DNA of 64,000 bases from Pseudomonadota bacterium (GCA_018820855.1 JAHJNL010000044.1:14808-78807); one strand, 5' to 3'. Positions 39,828 through 50,444 are shown, counted from the stretch's first letter. The notes: generated by a model from the letters alone, not told the origin. Translations and numbers: made by a program.

Positions 39828-40610
39828 ATGATGAAAAAAAAAGATCAGATGTCTGCCTCGCCTCGTTCTTCAAATCTGTCTGGCCTCTTAGTGCTGCGAA
39901 AATGGATGAAGGGGGCCACCGATCTCCTCTTTCCTCTATCCTGCCCCGTCTGTGGAACAAGCATCCTGGCTGATGGACACACTCTCTGCCCAGAGTGTGT
40001 GCAGGATATCTCGCTTATCAGGTCGCCTCTCTGTACTACCTGCGGCCGTGAAATGACTGATTCCGCAGCTGGTGATCATTGTTGTGACCGCTGTCTGCGC
40101 AAGCCCCCTCCCTATTCTTCGGCCCGGGCCGTTGCTCATTACCGGGAACCGGTCAGTGCCCTCCTGCATAGACTGAAGTATCAGGGAGAGACTGCCGTTA
40201 TCCCGGTTTTGCAGGAGATCATAGGGATGCAGCCTCTATGCACCCTGCAGGAAGGGGAGATGGTTATCCCGGTACCACTTCATATCTCACGCCTGCGTCA
40301 GCGTGGTTTTAACCAGGCCCTTATCCTGGCAAAACTTTTTTTTGCCAACCGGAAAGAGCGTATCCTTATTGATACACTGATAAGGGTCCGCCATACTGTC
40401 GCGCAGACTGGTCTTGATGGACTTGCGCGCAGAAAGAATCTGCACCAGGCCTTTGCTGTTTGTTTTCCCGAACGGGTACGAAAAAGAAAAATTGTGCTGG
40501 TGGATGACGTTTTTACCACGGGTACGACTGTGTCTGAGTGCAGCAGGATGTTGCTTAGGGCAGGAGCAACTGAAGTGCGTGTTGTAACTCTGGCGAGGGT
40601 GCGGGAATAG
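39828..40610 (+). CDS. ComF family protein (phosphoribosyltransferase-like)
   Basis: Zinc-finger-like CPVCG...CPEC and CTTCG...CDRC pairs, plus the PRTase motif IVLVDDVFTTGTTV. The start is uncertain and may be an internal ATG such as 39906. Confidence 0.8.
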   Translation: MMKKKDQMSASPRSSNLSGLLVLRKWMKGATDLLFPLSCPVCGTSILADGHTLCPECVQDISLIRSPLCTTCGREMTDSAAGDHCCDRCLRKPPPYSSARAVAHYREPVSALLHRLKYQGETAVIPVLQEIIGMQPLCTLQEGEMVIPVPLHISRLRQRGFNQALILAKLFFANRKERILIDTLIRVRHTVAQTGLDGLARRKNLHQAFAVCFPERVRKRKIVLVDDVFTTGTTVSECSRMLLRAGATEVRVVTLARVRE

Positions 40611-40687
40611 CTTTAATGTACTGTCAACAAGAAGGCCGTCCCGAGCGTGACGGCCTTCTTGTTGAGTCAGAAAAGAGGACAGCAGTA

Positions 40688-41911
40688 TTAGTTCAGTTTC
40701 TTCTGCAGGTTTTGGTCAAGGGCTTCAAGGAAGCCTTCCGTTGTCAGGTAATGGGATTCGTTCAGGTCCCGGCCATGGATGCAGAGGGCGAGGTCTTTGG
40801 TCATCTTTCCGCTCTCCACGGTTTCCACACATACTTCTTCAAGGGCTGTGGCAAAGTCGATGAGTTTCTGGTTATTGTCGAACTTCCCTCTGAACGCAAG
40901 GCCGCGGGTCCAGGCAAAGATGGAGGCAATGGGATTGGTAGATGTTTTGTTGCCTTTCTGATGTTCGCGGTAGTGACGGGTCACTGTGCCATGGGCTGCT
41001 TCGGCTTCCACAGTTTTTCCATCGGGGGTGACGAGTACTGAGGTCATCAGACCAAGAGAGCCAAAGCCCTGGGCCACGATATCAGACTGGACGTCGCCGT
41101 CATAGTTTTTACAGGCCCAGACAAAGCCACCTTCCCATTTAAGCGCTGCAGCGACCATATCATCAATAAGACGATGCTCGTAGGTGATGCCCGCAGCCTG
41201 AAACTGTTCTTTGAATTCGTTTTCGTATACTTCCTGAAAGAGGTCCTTGAAGTTTCCGTCATAGGCCTTCAAAATGGTGTTCTTGGTGGAGTGATAGACG
41301 GGCCATCCTTTTTCCAGTCCCATGTTCAAACAGCTTCGGGCAAATCCTTTAATTGATTCATTGGTGTTGTACATGGCCATGGCACAGCCATCACCCTCAA
41401 AGTTATAGACGGTGTGACTCTGCGCTTCACCATCTTCAGGGGTGAAAGTCAGGGTAAGAGTGCCCTTGCCTTTGGTTTTGAAGTCAGTGGCACGATACTG
41501 GTCGCCAAAGGCATGACGGCCGATACAGATGGGTTTCGTCCAGCCCGGCACCAGGCGTGGTACGTTATTGCAGACAATCGGCTCCCTGAAAACCGTACCG
41601 CCCAGAATATTGCGGATGGTGCCGTTGGGAGATTTCCACATCTTTTTCAGTCCAAACTCTTCAACGCGTGCTTCATCTGGAGTGATGGTGGCACATTTGA
41701 TACCTACCCCATATTTTTTGATCGCTTCGGCAGAGTCGATGGTGACCTGGTCATCCGTTTCGTCCCGTTTTTCCATGCCGAGGTCGTAATATTTTATATC
41801 AATATCGAGGTAGGGAAGGATCAGTTTGTCTTTGATGAATTTCCAGATAATTCGAGTCATTTCATCGCCGTCAAGTTCGACGACAGGGTTTTCCACCTTA
41901 ATTTTTTTCAT
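40688..41911 (-). CDS. icd: NADP-dependent isocitrate dehydrogenase (eukaryotic-like subfamily)
   Basis: [45 protein letters not shown]...[20 protein letters not shown] is highly similar to IDH1/2-type enzymes. The ATG is at complement 41909-41911 with RBS GAGGGA. Confidence 0.95.
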   Translation of the reverse strand: MKKIKVENPVVELDGDEMTRIIWKFIKDKLILPYLDIDIKYYDLGMEKRDETDDQVTIDSAEAIKKYGVGIKCATITPDEARVEEFGLKKMWKSPNGTIRNILGGTVFREPIVCNNVPRLVPGWTKPICIGRHAFGDQYRATDFKTKGKGTLTLTFTPEDGEAQSHTVYNFEGDGCAMAMYNTNESIKGFARSCLNMGLEKGWPVYHSTKNTILKAYDGNFKDLFQEVYENEFKEQFQAAGITYEHRLIDDMVAAALKWEGGFVWACKNYDGDVQSDIVAQGFGSLGLMTSVLVTPDGKTVEAEAAHGTVTRHYREHQKGNKTSTNPIASIFAWTRGLAFRGKFDNNQKLIDFATALEEVCVETVESGKMTKDLALCIHGRDLNESHYLTTEGFLEALDQNLQKKLN

Positions 41912-41941
41912 AATATCCCTCGGTAAAAGTTTCAGTAGCAA

Positions 41942-42799
41942 GGGGGCTAAGCACCCTGCATTTTATCTGTAATCTGTTCATGAATTGCAAAAAAAAATCT
42001 CCGAAAAATTGCAAGGAGAAAGACAAAATATTCATTCTTACTCAAAAAAGGGTTAGCCCGTCAAGTTTTTCTGAAAAGGTCTCTGCAGGGGGAATAAATA
42101 CTATTTCATATCTTCTGTGTCAGATAATCGGAGGTGCGTGCCTTGAGGTTGCCAGCAACGCATGAGGTGAAGTGGAAGAGAGGAGGAGTCGAAAACACTA
42201 TATTATCTTATCGTTATTCCCTGTTGGGGCGAGGCTTTGTTCTCGTACAAAAAATAGTACTAAAAATGTTGTAGGGGAAATTGGCTGGACTATGTGATAT
42301 TACGAAGGTATTACATGATGATCGTAGGAAAATGCAGATAATATTAGAAAATTGCACATATATTGAGTAATATTGAGTTAAAGAAAAATCATAATTTGTT
42401 AATAACTTGTTTGTAACGGTACTAAGGTTTGAAGATCACAGCAGATTGGGCATGGGTGTTTACTCCTCCCATGAATCGCGGGTTTGAGAGAGGGGGGGGG
42501 CGAGATCCCTTAACTGCAGGGGCGTGTAGGGTAGAGGCGATAATATGTGGCACTCATAGGAAAACTTGTCCTAATCGCCTTTGACCGCCAACGGAAAATG
42601 AGGTTAATTGCCCTGCGTGAGTTGCGGTGGAGGATTCTCTCTCCGAGGCCAACTTGCAGGAAAGATATTTTGTTTCTGATTCTTCTCGTTAACATACTGT
42701 TTCTAGCGCTCTAAAAAAGAAACAAGAAGAGAAAAAAGCTGAATAATTGTCTATTTTGGCGGAATTTCGTCATCGTTTTTGTCGTAGTGAGGGGAAAAG
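41942..42799. other. 858-nt non-coding region upstream of dnaA; candidate oriC / dnaA control region
   Basis: This is the largest intergenic gap in the window. An AT-rich core (about 42240-42420) contains a tandem 10-mer, ATATTGAGTA/ATATTGAGTT (42360-42379). I found no perfect TTATCCACA box. The best hit is 7/9, TGCAGATAA near 42333. Confidence 0.3.
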
Positions 42800-44125
42800 A
42801 TGGTGTGGGAGAAGGCAAAAGCAGTTTTGAAAGAGAGTCTTGGTGAGAGTGTTTACAATCTTTGGATCGAGCCCTTGGAGTGTATTTATTCCGATGGTGA
42901 AAATATACGTCTTGCCTGTCCCGATCGGTTTTATCGTGCTCATTTGACCCGCAATCATCTTTGCCAGGTCCAGGAAAAGATAAATCAACTCAGTAGTGTT
43001 CCCTGTAAGGTGACGCTCTGTGACAAGGGAGTGGTGGAAGCCCTGCCTGCTGCAAGGCCTAAAGGGCAGCTTCGTCTGCCGCATATCCCCGATCGTCGAT
43101 CTGTTGTCCGGTCTCTGCATCCGCGCTATACTTTTGACTCCTTTATGCTGGGTGAGAGCAATCTCCTGGCCCAGTCTGCCTGCAAGTCTATGGTAAAGGG
43201 TGATGACAGCGTCGGCTCCTGTCTGTATATCAACAGTTCTACAGGGCTTGGCAAGAGTCATCTGACTCATGCCGTGGCTCACTGGCTGCTGGCAGAGTCT
43301 CCCGAAACAAGGCTTCATTATGTAACGGCGCAGCAGTTTGCCTCAGAGATGGTTCGAGGTATTCAGTCCCATGATATGGATCAGTTTAAAAGCAAGTATC
43401 ATGAACATTGTGACTTTTTGCTGGTTGAAGATGTACACGCCCTGAAGGGAAAGAAAAAGACACAGGAAGAGTTGAATGAACTCCTGGATTCTTTGATCAA
43501 GTCTGGCAAGCGCGTGATTTTTACTGCCAACAGCACTCCTCGTGACCTGGATGGCATCGATAATGAATTTCGTTCCCGCATGGGAGCCGGATTGGTGACC
43601 ACCATTCAGGCCCCGGATCTCGGAACTCGTTATCGTATTGTAGAGAGCAAGGCCGCGCAGTGCGGGCTGGAGCTGGAAGAGGATGCCATTTCTCATATCA
43701 GCGCGCAGATTAAAGGCGATGTGCGCCGTATCGAGTCGGCCCTTTTAGCGCTTCGTGCCAAGGCCGCCCTGGTTGGTGGCCGGGTAGGGATGGAGATGGT
43801 TCGGGAGGTTGTGGAAGATCTCGTCGGAGTATCGCAGGCCCTGACTACGGCCCTGATCGGGGAGATGATCAGCCGGGAGTTTAAGGTCAGTCTCAAAGAA
43901 CTGCAGTCGCGGTCGAGAAAAAAAGTGGTGAGCTTTCCCCGGCAGGTGGCCATGTATCTGGGGCGGAAACATACTTCCGAGTCCCTCGTTGATATCGGTC
44001 AGGCCTTTAACCGCAATCATGCCACTGTTCTCCATGCCGTGAAGGTGGTTTCGAACCTCTGTCTTCATGATACCTCGGTTCGTCGGCAGATGGAAATCCT
44101 TGATCAAAAAATGCGCCAGTTATAG
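42800..44125 (+). CDS. dnaA: Chromosomal replication initiator protein DnaA
   Basis: 441 aa. The N-terminus reads WEKAKAVLKESLGESVYNLWIEPL. The AAA+ module has STGLGKSHLTHAV and LLVEDVHAL. The C-terminal DNA-binding domain has FPRQVAMYLGRKHTSESLVDIGQAFNRNHATVLHAVKVV. Confidence 0.9.
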   Translation: MVWEKAKAVLKESLGESVYNLWIEPLECIYSDGENIRLACPDRFYRAHLTRNHLCQVQEKINQLSSVPCKVTLCDKGVVEALPAARPKGQLRLPHIPDRRSVVRSLHPRYTFDSFMLGESNLLAQSACKSMVKGDDSVGSCLYINSSTGLGKSHLTHAVAHWLLAESPETRLHYVTAQQFASEMVRGIQSHDMDQFKSKYHEHCDFLLVEDVHALKGKKKTQEELNELLDSLIKSGKRVIFTANSTPRDLDGIDNEFRSRMGAGLVTTIQAPDLGTRYRIVESKAAQCGLELEEDAISHISAQIKGDVRRIESALLALRAKAALVGGRVGMEMVREVVEDLVGVSQALTTALIGEMISREFKVSLKELQSRSRKKVVSFPRQVAMYLGRKHTSESLVDIGQAFNRNHATVLHAVKVVSNLCLHDTSVRRQMEILDQKMRQL

Positions 44126-44243
44126 TAACGAATCAGGTGGCCAGGAGTCAGTATTCAGCATTAAGTCACATGGTTTTGGCGCCGTTGTCACTGGTTTGCT
44201 AGGACTGTACTAACTCCTGGATTCTTGGTTCTGACTACCTGAA

Positions 44244-45641
44244 TCAGAAATATACTTTCTTAACTGCTGCCTCCTGCTCTCCACTATCCTGTTCACCTGC
44301 TTTGATTGCCTCGCTGACCCGACAGGCAGTCTTGATCATATCGTTGAGGCCAATTCCTTCCCAGCCAAATCCTGTGATGTAGAGTCCCTTTTCTTTTTGC
44401 ATGAGTGTATTGCGCCACTGGAGCAGAGCCGGATAGCCGGCTTCAAGCTGCGGAATACCGCCGCGCGGACGCAGGACACGGGCGTAGGTCGGTTCGCCTG
44501 GGAGATTCAGGAGTCCTTGCAAATCCTTGACTGATTCTCTGATCAGGGTGGCGTCGTCAATTTCCAGGCGTTCCGGATGCCTCCGTCCTCCTACCAGGGC
44601 TTCCAGCAGGATATGGCCTTCAGGAGCCCGCTGGGGGAACATGTTGGAGGAGAAGAGGGCACCAAGGCAGAACCGTTGCTCCTGTTCCGGGGTCAGGTAG
44701 CCGAATCCCGGAGGCAGGCTGGCTCCCTCGCCAAAGCCGAGGGCAATGGTGACGATCCTGGCCTCGGCAACCTTTACCTGAGGTGGCGGGGCACCCAGTG
44801 AAGCCAGCAGGGCCAGGGCCCGATTCACTGGCAGGGCCAGAACCAGGTTGCGAGCAAAAAAGCTGCCCTTCGCTGTTTCAACTTGCCAGTATTCGTTCTC
44901 GCGAGACAGAGTGTTTACCGGACAAGCGGTCAGCAACTCTTTTTCTGTATCCAGTTCCTGACTCAATCGTTCTGCGAGACGGGTCATTCCCTGAGGGAAG
45001 CTGGTCATGGCAGGCAACCCTTTTTTCTTTCCCGTATTCTTTCCTGCTGCCTTGATTTTTTTCAGGAGCCCACGGATCACTGAACCGTGCTCCTTTTCTA
45101 TCTGTCGCACACCGGGCATGACCCCGTCAATGACCAGTCGTTCCAGGTCGCCGGCATAAGTTCCTGTAAAGACGGCATCCACATAGGGAAGGAGAGCCTT
45201 GCCGAAACGGTAGTCTACCCACTCGCTTACGGTGGGTTCTCCGGCCAGTGGTTTCTTCCAAAGATCGGCCACAACCCGAAGTTTTTCCAAAGGTGAGATA
45301 AGCGGTGCCGCCAGGATTTTCGCTGGTGTCTGCGGGATGAGTTTGAGGCTGCCGTTCATGCAGACATAGCGAACAAACTTGGAGAGTGGTGCTGTCACAC
45401 ATTCCTGATCCAGGCCGGTCTCTTTAAGAAGGGCAATGCTTTCAGGACAATTGTCAAGAAATCCGTGTGGACCGCCCTCGGCCAGATATCCGTTTTCCGG
45501 ATGGCTCCAGATGGCCCCGCCTGTTCTGTCAGATTGCTCCAGGAGGAGAAAGGAGTGGTCCGGGATTTGTCGAAGCTTCCAGGCAACCGTGAGCCCGGAG
45601 AGCCCAGCGCCGATGATGAGAGTGTCTTTGATGTTTTTCAT
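44244..45641 (-). CDS. Protoporphyrinogen/coproporphyrinogen oxidase family FAD-dependent oxidoreductase (HemY/PPOX-like)
   Basis: 465 aa with an FAD dinucleotide fold (TLIIGAGLSGLTVAWKL), LLEQSDRTGGAI and AVFTGTYAGDLERL, consistent with the HemY family. Confidence 0.7.
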   Translation of the reverse strand: MKNIKDTLIIGAGLSGLTVAWKLRQIPDHSFLLLEQSDRTGGAIWSHPENGYLAEGGPHGFLDNCPESIALLKETGLDQECVTAPLSKFVRYVCMNGSLKLIPQTPAKILAAPLISPLEKLRVVADLWKKPLAGEPTVSEWVDYRFGKALLPYVDAVFTGTYAGDLERLVIDGVMPGVRQIEKEHGSVIRGLLKKIKAAGKNTGKKKGLPAMTSFPQGMTRLAERLSQELDTEKELLTACPVNTLSRENEYWQVETAKGSFFARNLVLALPVNRALALLASLGAPPPQVKVAEARIVTIALGFGEGASLPPGFGYLTPEQEQRFCLGALFSSNMFPQRAPEGHILLEALVGGRRHPERLEIDDATLIRESVKDLQGLLNLPGEPTYARVLRPRGGIPQLEAGYPALLQWRNTLMQKEKGLYITGFGWEGIGLNDMIKTACRVSEAIKAGEQDSGEQEAAVKKVYF

Positions 45642-46324
45642 TGGACTGTTGCTTTGAGCTTTCCTTTATTGTCAATTAGTATGTCAATCCAGCCGCCTTT
45701 GTTGATCATTCCCGGATTGAGTATCAAGGTTTCGCCAATTCTGTCGCTGCCTTTCGCTTCGTGGATGTGACCGGTGAGACAGAGTGGCGGTTGGTTTCGT
45801 TCAATAAAGCTACGGACAGCCGAAGATCCCACATGGCTGCCATCTGGAAGGAGGTCAAGGGCGGTATTCAGGGGCGGGGTGTGAGAGACAAGGATCAGGG
45901 GGATCTGATGGCGCTCCAGGGGCTGGGCCAGCTCGATGAAGTTTCGGGCCTCCAGATAGGCCTGCTCCAGAATGTTTCCTAGTTCAATTTCACTGAATTC
46001 CGTGAGTGTGTTAAAGGGAGTGGGATTGGAGCCGCCGCAACCCATGAGGCAGACTCCGCGCCTGAATAGACGGGCTTGACCGTGAATGTTCATATTCAGG
46101 GCATCCAGGTAGTCATTGATTGCAAAGTCATCGAGGTTTCCCACTTGCGCCAGTACATGGGGATTGACCGCAAGCACCTGGTTGAGGATATCACGGGCAT
46201 CGTGTCGCGACCCGTAGTTGGTGAGATCACCTGTCAGGATGATCAAGTCTGCTGAGGAAATATCTGGAATTTTGGCAAAATTCCCAAGAGACATGTGGAT
46301 GTCGCCAAAGGCTATGATTCTCAT
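45638..46324 (-). CDS. Metallophosphoesterase family protein
   Basis: MRIIAFGDIHMS, ILTGDLTNYG, GNLD and GHIHE motifs. The ATG is at complement 46322-46324 with RBS GAGGAG. It overlaps the downstream oxidase gene by 4 nt. The track start at 46555 is an extension. Confidence 0.8.
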   Translation of the reverse strand: MRIIAFGDIHMSLGNFAKIPDISSADLIILTGDLTNYGSRHDARDILNQVLAVNPHVLAQVGNLDDFAINDYLDALNMNIHGQARLFRRGVCLMGCGGSNPTPFNTLTEFSEIELGNILEQAYLEARNFIELAQPLERHQIPLILVSHTPPLNTALDLLPDGSHVGSSAVRSFIERNQPPLCLTGHIHEAKGSDRIGETLILNPGMINKGGWIDILIDNKGKLKATVQ

Positions 46325-46585
46325 ATCGTTCTCCTCAATACTCGGATTTCGACTATTTGCAAAAGCAAAAACTCTTGCTCTGTCCCAAGAAAACAGATTG
46401 CTGTTGCTGGTAGTGGGCTTGACAGCGAGGCCTGTATGTTTATCATTTTGGCCGACTTCAGGAAAAAAAGCAACGGAATAGGGCTCGACCCATTTGCTCA
46501 TGTCCCTGATGCGTGTTTTCAGCAAGAGAGACTTTGTTATGAAAATGTATCCCAAAATATATTTGCCAGAGGAGGAGTATTACAG

Positions 46586-48454
46586 ATGAGCAGTCAGACA
46601 AGCACCCATGAGTTTCAGGCAGAAACGAAGAAACTACTCGATATCGTTATTCATTCGCTCTATACAGAACGTGATATTTTTATTCGTGAATTGATTTCCA
46701 ATGGTTCTGATGCGTTGGAAAAGATGCGTCATGAGAGCCTGACCAAGAAGGAAGTTTTTGATGGACATGTTCCTCTTGAGATTTCTATTGATCTGGATGA
46801 GAAAAAGCATACCATGACTGTCATCGACAGCGGTATCGGGATGACCAGGGCAGAACTTGAGAAGAATCTGGGTACTATTGCTCACTCCGGATCTGGAAAT
46901 TTTGTTGCAGAGCTTGCTGAGGCGGCGAAAAAGGATGTGAGCCTTATCGGTCAGTTTGGTGTTGGCTTCTATGCTGCTTTTATGGCAGCCGAAAAAGTCA
47001 CGGTGCAGAGTCGTTCCTGGGATGGATCTGATGGAAACGAGTGGGTTTCAGATGGAACAGGCAGTTTTACTATATCCGAATGTCCGGGCCTGCATCGTGG
47101 GACCAGGATTATTCTTGAATTGAAGGAAGATGCCTATGGGTATGCCGAGAAGTGGAAGGTAGAAAATATTATCAAACAGTACTCTTCCTTTGTGCCCTTT
47201 CCCATCAAGCTTGAAGGGGAGACCGTAAACACGGTCCAGGCCATCTGGACTCGAAATAAGAATGAGATCAGTGATGAAGAGTATAACGACTTTTATAAGT
47301 TTATCGGCAATGCCATGGATGACCCCCAGTATCGTCTCCACTTCTCTGTGGACGCGCCGTTGGCTATCAATGCCGTGCTCTTTGTCCCCAAAGAGAATTT
47401 TGAAGGCATGGGCTTTGGCCGGGTTGATCCCGGAGTAAACCTGTACTGCCAGAGGATACTTATTGATCAGCACTCTGAAAATATCCTGCCCGAGTGGCTG
47501 CGCTTCCTTAAGGGAGTGGTGGACAGCGAAGATCTACCCCTCAATATTTCCCGTCAGGCACTCCAGGACAATGCCCTGGTTCTCAAGCTGCGTAAGGTGA
47601 TAACCAAACGGTTCCTCAAATTCCTCGATGAGGAGGCTCAGCGGGACTCAGACGGCTATCTTGATTTCTGGAATACCTTTGGTATTTATATCAAAGAGGG
47701 TGTGACCTCTGATTTTGAGTTCCAGAAGGAACTGGCAAAACTGGTTCGTTTTGAGTCATCCCGTTCAGAAGATGGCAAGCCCACTTCCCTTACAGAATAT
47801 GTGGAACGTATGGGCGAGGGCCAGGATAAAATTTACTATATTAATGGTCCCAACCGGGCGGCCATTGAGTCCGGTCCCTATGTGGAGATGTTCAACAAGA
47901 AGAATATCGAAATCATCTACACCATGGAGCCCATTGACGATTTCGTTCTCAATCACCTGGGTGAATTTGATGGGAAGAAACTGGTCTCTGCAGATCGGGC
48001 AGATCTTGATCTTTCCGGTGCTGATGACGAGACTACTGAGACGGAAACTCAAGAGAAGCTGGACAGCGAGTCCGGAGTTGAACTCATTTCCTGGCTGAAA
48101 AAGACACTGGAAGACAAGGTGGCTGATGTTGTTGAGTCCAAACGTCTGGTGGATTCGCCGGCCATGATTGTCAATCCGGGCGGTTTTATGACCTCCTCCA
48201 TGGAGCGGGTTATGGCTGCCAGTCGTATGGAAAAGGGGATGGTTCCCGAGAGCTCCAAAAAAACACTGGAGATCAATTTTGCCAGTCCCCTGATCAAGAA
48301 GTTGGCAGGGATCGTCAAAAATGATGAACCCTTTGCTGCCGAAGTGGCTGCCCAGATCTACGACAATGCTATGATTCAGGCCGGCCTGGTAGTGGATTCC
48401 ATGGTTATGGTAGAGCGGAATTATAAGATTTTGAATAAGGCCGTGGGTGCCTGA
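46586..48454 (+). CDS. htpG: Molecular chaperone HtpG (Hsp90)
   Basis: MSSQTSTHEFQAETKKLLDIVIHSLYTERDIFIRELISNGSDALEKMR is a canonical HtpG N-terminus. RBS GGAGGAG precedes the ATG at 46586. The track ORF from 46295 is an in-frame upstream extension. Confidence 0.95.
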   Translation: MSSQTSTHEFQAETKKLLDIVIHSLYTERDIFIRELISNGSDALEKMRHESLTKKEVFDGHVPLEISIDLDEKKHTMTVIDSGIGMTRAELEKNLGTIAHSGSGNFVAELAEAAKKDVSLIGQFGVGFYAAFMAAEKVTVQSRSWDGSDGNEWVSDGTGSFTISECPGLHRGTRIILELKEDAYGYAEKWKVENIIKQYSSFVPFPIKLEGETVNTVQAIWTRNKNEISDEEYNDFYKFIGNAMDDPQYRLHFSVDAPLAINAVLFVPKENFEGMGFGRVDPGVNLYCQRILIDQHSENILPEWLRFLKGVVDSEDLPLNISRQALQDNALVLKLRKVITKRFLKFLDEEAQRDSDGYLDFWNTFGIYIKEGVTSDFEFQKELAKLVRFESSRSEDGKPTSLTEYVERMGEGQDKIYYINGPNRAAIESGPYVEMFNKKNIEIIYTMEPIDDFVLNHLGEFDGKKLVSADRADLDLSGADDETTETETQEKLDSESGVELISWLKKTLEDKVADVVESKRLVDSPAMIVNPGGFMTSSMERVMAASRMEKGMVPESSKKTLEINFASPLIKKLAGIVKNDEPFAAEVAAQIYDNAMIQAGLVVDSMVMVERNYKILNKAVGA

Positions 48455-48725
48455 GCTTTCAGAGCAGCCAAATTAGCTTTTTCGAGTTGAGGTCCAATCT
48501 TTTAAGAGTTCATCGGCCTTCTGTTTTCCCATAAGCAGGCGAATCTATCTGATGGTCAGCTATGGGGGCCAGACTGATCGTATCCTTTAAGGGTGCTTTC
48601 GTTCGGGGGGCAAAGATGGGTGCGGGTGAACTCTTACTTGAAAAATGGAGCTCTTCAGACTATAGAACGGTTGAACTTACTCACCTTACGGTTTTTTTAA
48701 CCGTTCTTTTCAATGGGAGATTCTC

Positions 48726-49124
48726 ATGTTAGCGACTCTTCGTCCTCTTTGCTTTTTAATAATAGCTCTGTTTCTGGCTGTGGCCTTGGGTGGCTGTTCC
48801 CAGGGTTCAGTCCGCCACCTGGCGTCTGATGTGTGCATGATTAAGGCTGGACAGACCAGTCGTCAGGAGGTCCTGGAACTGATGGGCGAACCAGACTCCA
48901 AAAGGATGGTCGCACCATCCACGGAACAGTGGGTCTATTATGAGGAGGATAAATCCTCACTGCAGGCGGCTCCGGTAGTGGGAGGAACTTTTGATCCCAA
49001 CGGTTACCATATGGTGGTGATCACCCTTTCCGGTGATACGGTTTCCACCTGCCGCTACAGCGCATACGACGAGGACGAATTTGACTGGCAGGACGATTAC
49101 TCCTGGCAAGAGATCAAAAAATGA
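48726..49124 (+). CDS. Lipoprotein, BamE/SmpA-OmlA-like
   Basis: Lipobox LGGC. IKAGQTSRQEVLELMGEPDSKR...EQWVYY resembles the SmpA_OmlA fold signature. It overlaps the pcm start by 4 nt. Confidence 0.55.
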   Translation: MLATLRPLCFLIIALFLAVALGGCSQGSVRHLASDVCMIKAGQTSRQEVLELMGEPDSKRMVAPSTEQWVYYEEDKSSLQAAPVVGGTFDPNGYHMVVITLSGDTVSTCRYSAYDEDEFDWQDDYSWQEIKK

Positions 49125-49768
49125 CAGACCGCTTCGCCACAGTGCGAGAGCGGATGGTGCAGGAGCAACTCCTGCGCCGCGGGATTACGGATTCGCGCAC
49201 TCTGCAGGCCATGGCAGAGGTGCCCAGGCATCTTTTTGTCGACGATGCCATGCAGGCCAGTTCCTATGGTGATCATCCCCTTCCCATTGCCGGTGATCAG
49301 ACCATTTCTCAGCCTTATATCGTGGCGGCCATGACTCAGGCCCTGCAGTTGCTGGGAGATGAAAAGGTCCTGGAGATCGGCACCGGTTCAGGTTATCAGG
49401 CCGCTGTTCTTTCCAGGCTCTGCACCAAGGTTTATACCGTGGAGCGAATCAACACCCTTCTGGCCGGAGCTCGCAGGATCTTTGATCAGCTTCACTACTA
49501 CAATATTCTCTCCCGGCTTGACGACGGAACCCTGGGCTGGGCCGAGTATGCGCCCTATGATGCCATCATCGTTACTGCCGGTGGACCTGGAATTCCAGAT
49601 TCCCTAGTGGAGCAGCTGGCAGATCCCGGTCGCCTGGTGATCCCTGTCGGTGGTCGCGATGTGCAGGAGCTGCAGCTTCTCACCAAGGAGGATGGAGAGA
49701 TTCACATACAGCGTCTGGAGAGTGTGCGGTTTGTCAGTCTTATCGGAGAGCAGGGTTGGAATGGGTGA
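49121..49768 (+). CDS. pcm: Protein-L-isoaspartate O-methyltransferase
   Basis: 215 aa with TISQPYIVAAMTQAL and the SAM motif VLEIGTGSGYQAAVLS. Confidence 0.95.
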   Translation: MTDRFATVRERMVQEQLLRRGITDSRTLQAMAEVPRHLFVDDAMQASSYGDHPLPIAGDQTISQPYIVAAMTQALQLLGDEKVLEIGTGSGYQAAVLSRLCTKVYTVERINTLLAGARRIFDQLHYYNILSRLDDGTLGWAEYAPYDAIIVTAGGPGIPDSLVEQLADPGRLVIPVGGRDVQELQLLTKEDGEIHIQRLESVRFVSLIGEQGWNG

Positions 49769-50444
49769 AACAAAAAAAAAGAAGGGTCTGATTCGCAGAC
49801 TCTATGATTGGATGCTGCACTGGGCAGACAGTCGGTACGGTCTTCCTGCCCTGATTGTTCTCTCTTTTGCAGAATCAAGTTTCTTTCCCATTCCACCGGA
49901 TGTCCTGCTCATTGCTCTGGTTCTCGGGGCAAGCAGCCGCTGGTATAAATATGCCTTCTGGTGCACCCTGGCCTCGGTGGCCGGTGGTCTTGCCGGATAT
50001 GGGATCGGTGTCTTTGCCTGGGAGACCATGGGCCGATGGATCATTGAGAATGTGGCTCACATGTCTCTGGTGGAGGTCGACGGTCGACTGGATATCGCCC
50101 TGCCGTCATATCTTATCTCCAGCCTGGGAAGCACTCTGGGCGGGCAGTATTTGTTTCAGGTCTATGATCACTGGAATGCCTGGATTGTTTTTGTCTTTGG
50201 GCTGACCCCCTTACCTTACAAGCTGACTACCATTACGGCCGGAGTGGCTCGGGTCAATTTACCTGTCTTTCTGCTGGCCTCACTGGTTGCCAGGGCCTGC
50301 CGTTTTTTCTTCGTTGCCTGGCTTCTTCATAAATGGGGTGAGCCTGCCAAGCGATTTATCGATCGTTACTTCAATTTCCTCTGCGTGGTCTTTATTCTTC
50401 TCCTGGCTGGCGGTTTTGCGCTGCTGAAGCTGTTTTTTAGATAA
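49761..50444 (+). CDS. YqaA/DedA-type inner membrane protein
   Basis: SFAESSFFPIPPDVLLIAL is a YqaA-type motif. The ATG at 49761 overlaps the pcm stop. The track start at 49650 lies inside pcm. Confidence 0.75.
   Translation: MGETKKKKGLIRRLYDWMLHWADSRYGLPALIVLSFAESSFFPIPPDVLLIALVLGASSRWYKYAFWCTLASVAGGLAGYGIGVFAWETMGRWIIENVAHMSLVEVDGRLDIALPSYLISSLGSTLGGQYLFQVYDHWNAWIVFVFGLTPLPYKLTTITAGVARVNLPVFLLASLVARACRFFFVAWLLHKWGEPAKRFIDRYFNFLCVVFILLLAGGFALLKLFFR

Noticed and set aside
41980-42165. 61-aa Lys-rich ORF upstream of dnaA
   Set aside because: It has no RBS, is low-complexity, and lies in an AT-rich non-coding region next to the icd promoter. It is unlikely to be coding.
42492-42500. G9 homopolymer as a phase-variation switch
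   Set aside because: It is intergenic and not at a sensible promoter-spacer or coding position relative to dnaA. It is more likely incidental, or a sequencing-error-prone run. It is mentioned only within the oriC-region finding.
42770-43318. 182-aa minus-strand ORF overlapping the dnaA 5' region
   Set aside because: It lies antisense to a confidently identified dnaA, and its translation has no recognisable features. It is a shadow ORF.
46295-46585. In-frame N-terminal extension of htpG. Similar extensions occur for the metallophosphoesterase (to 46555), bamA (to 36142), the TonB receptor (to 27287), icd (to 41941) and the c7 cytochrome (from 14604).
   Set aside because: In each case an internal start has a good RBS and matches the conserved family N-terminus or signal peptide. 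The extensions overlap divergent neighbours or add non-homologous residues.
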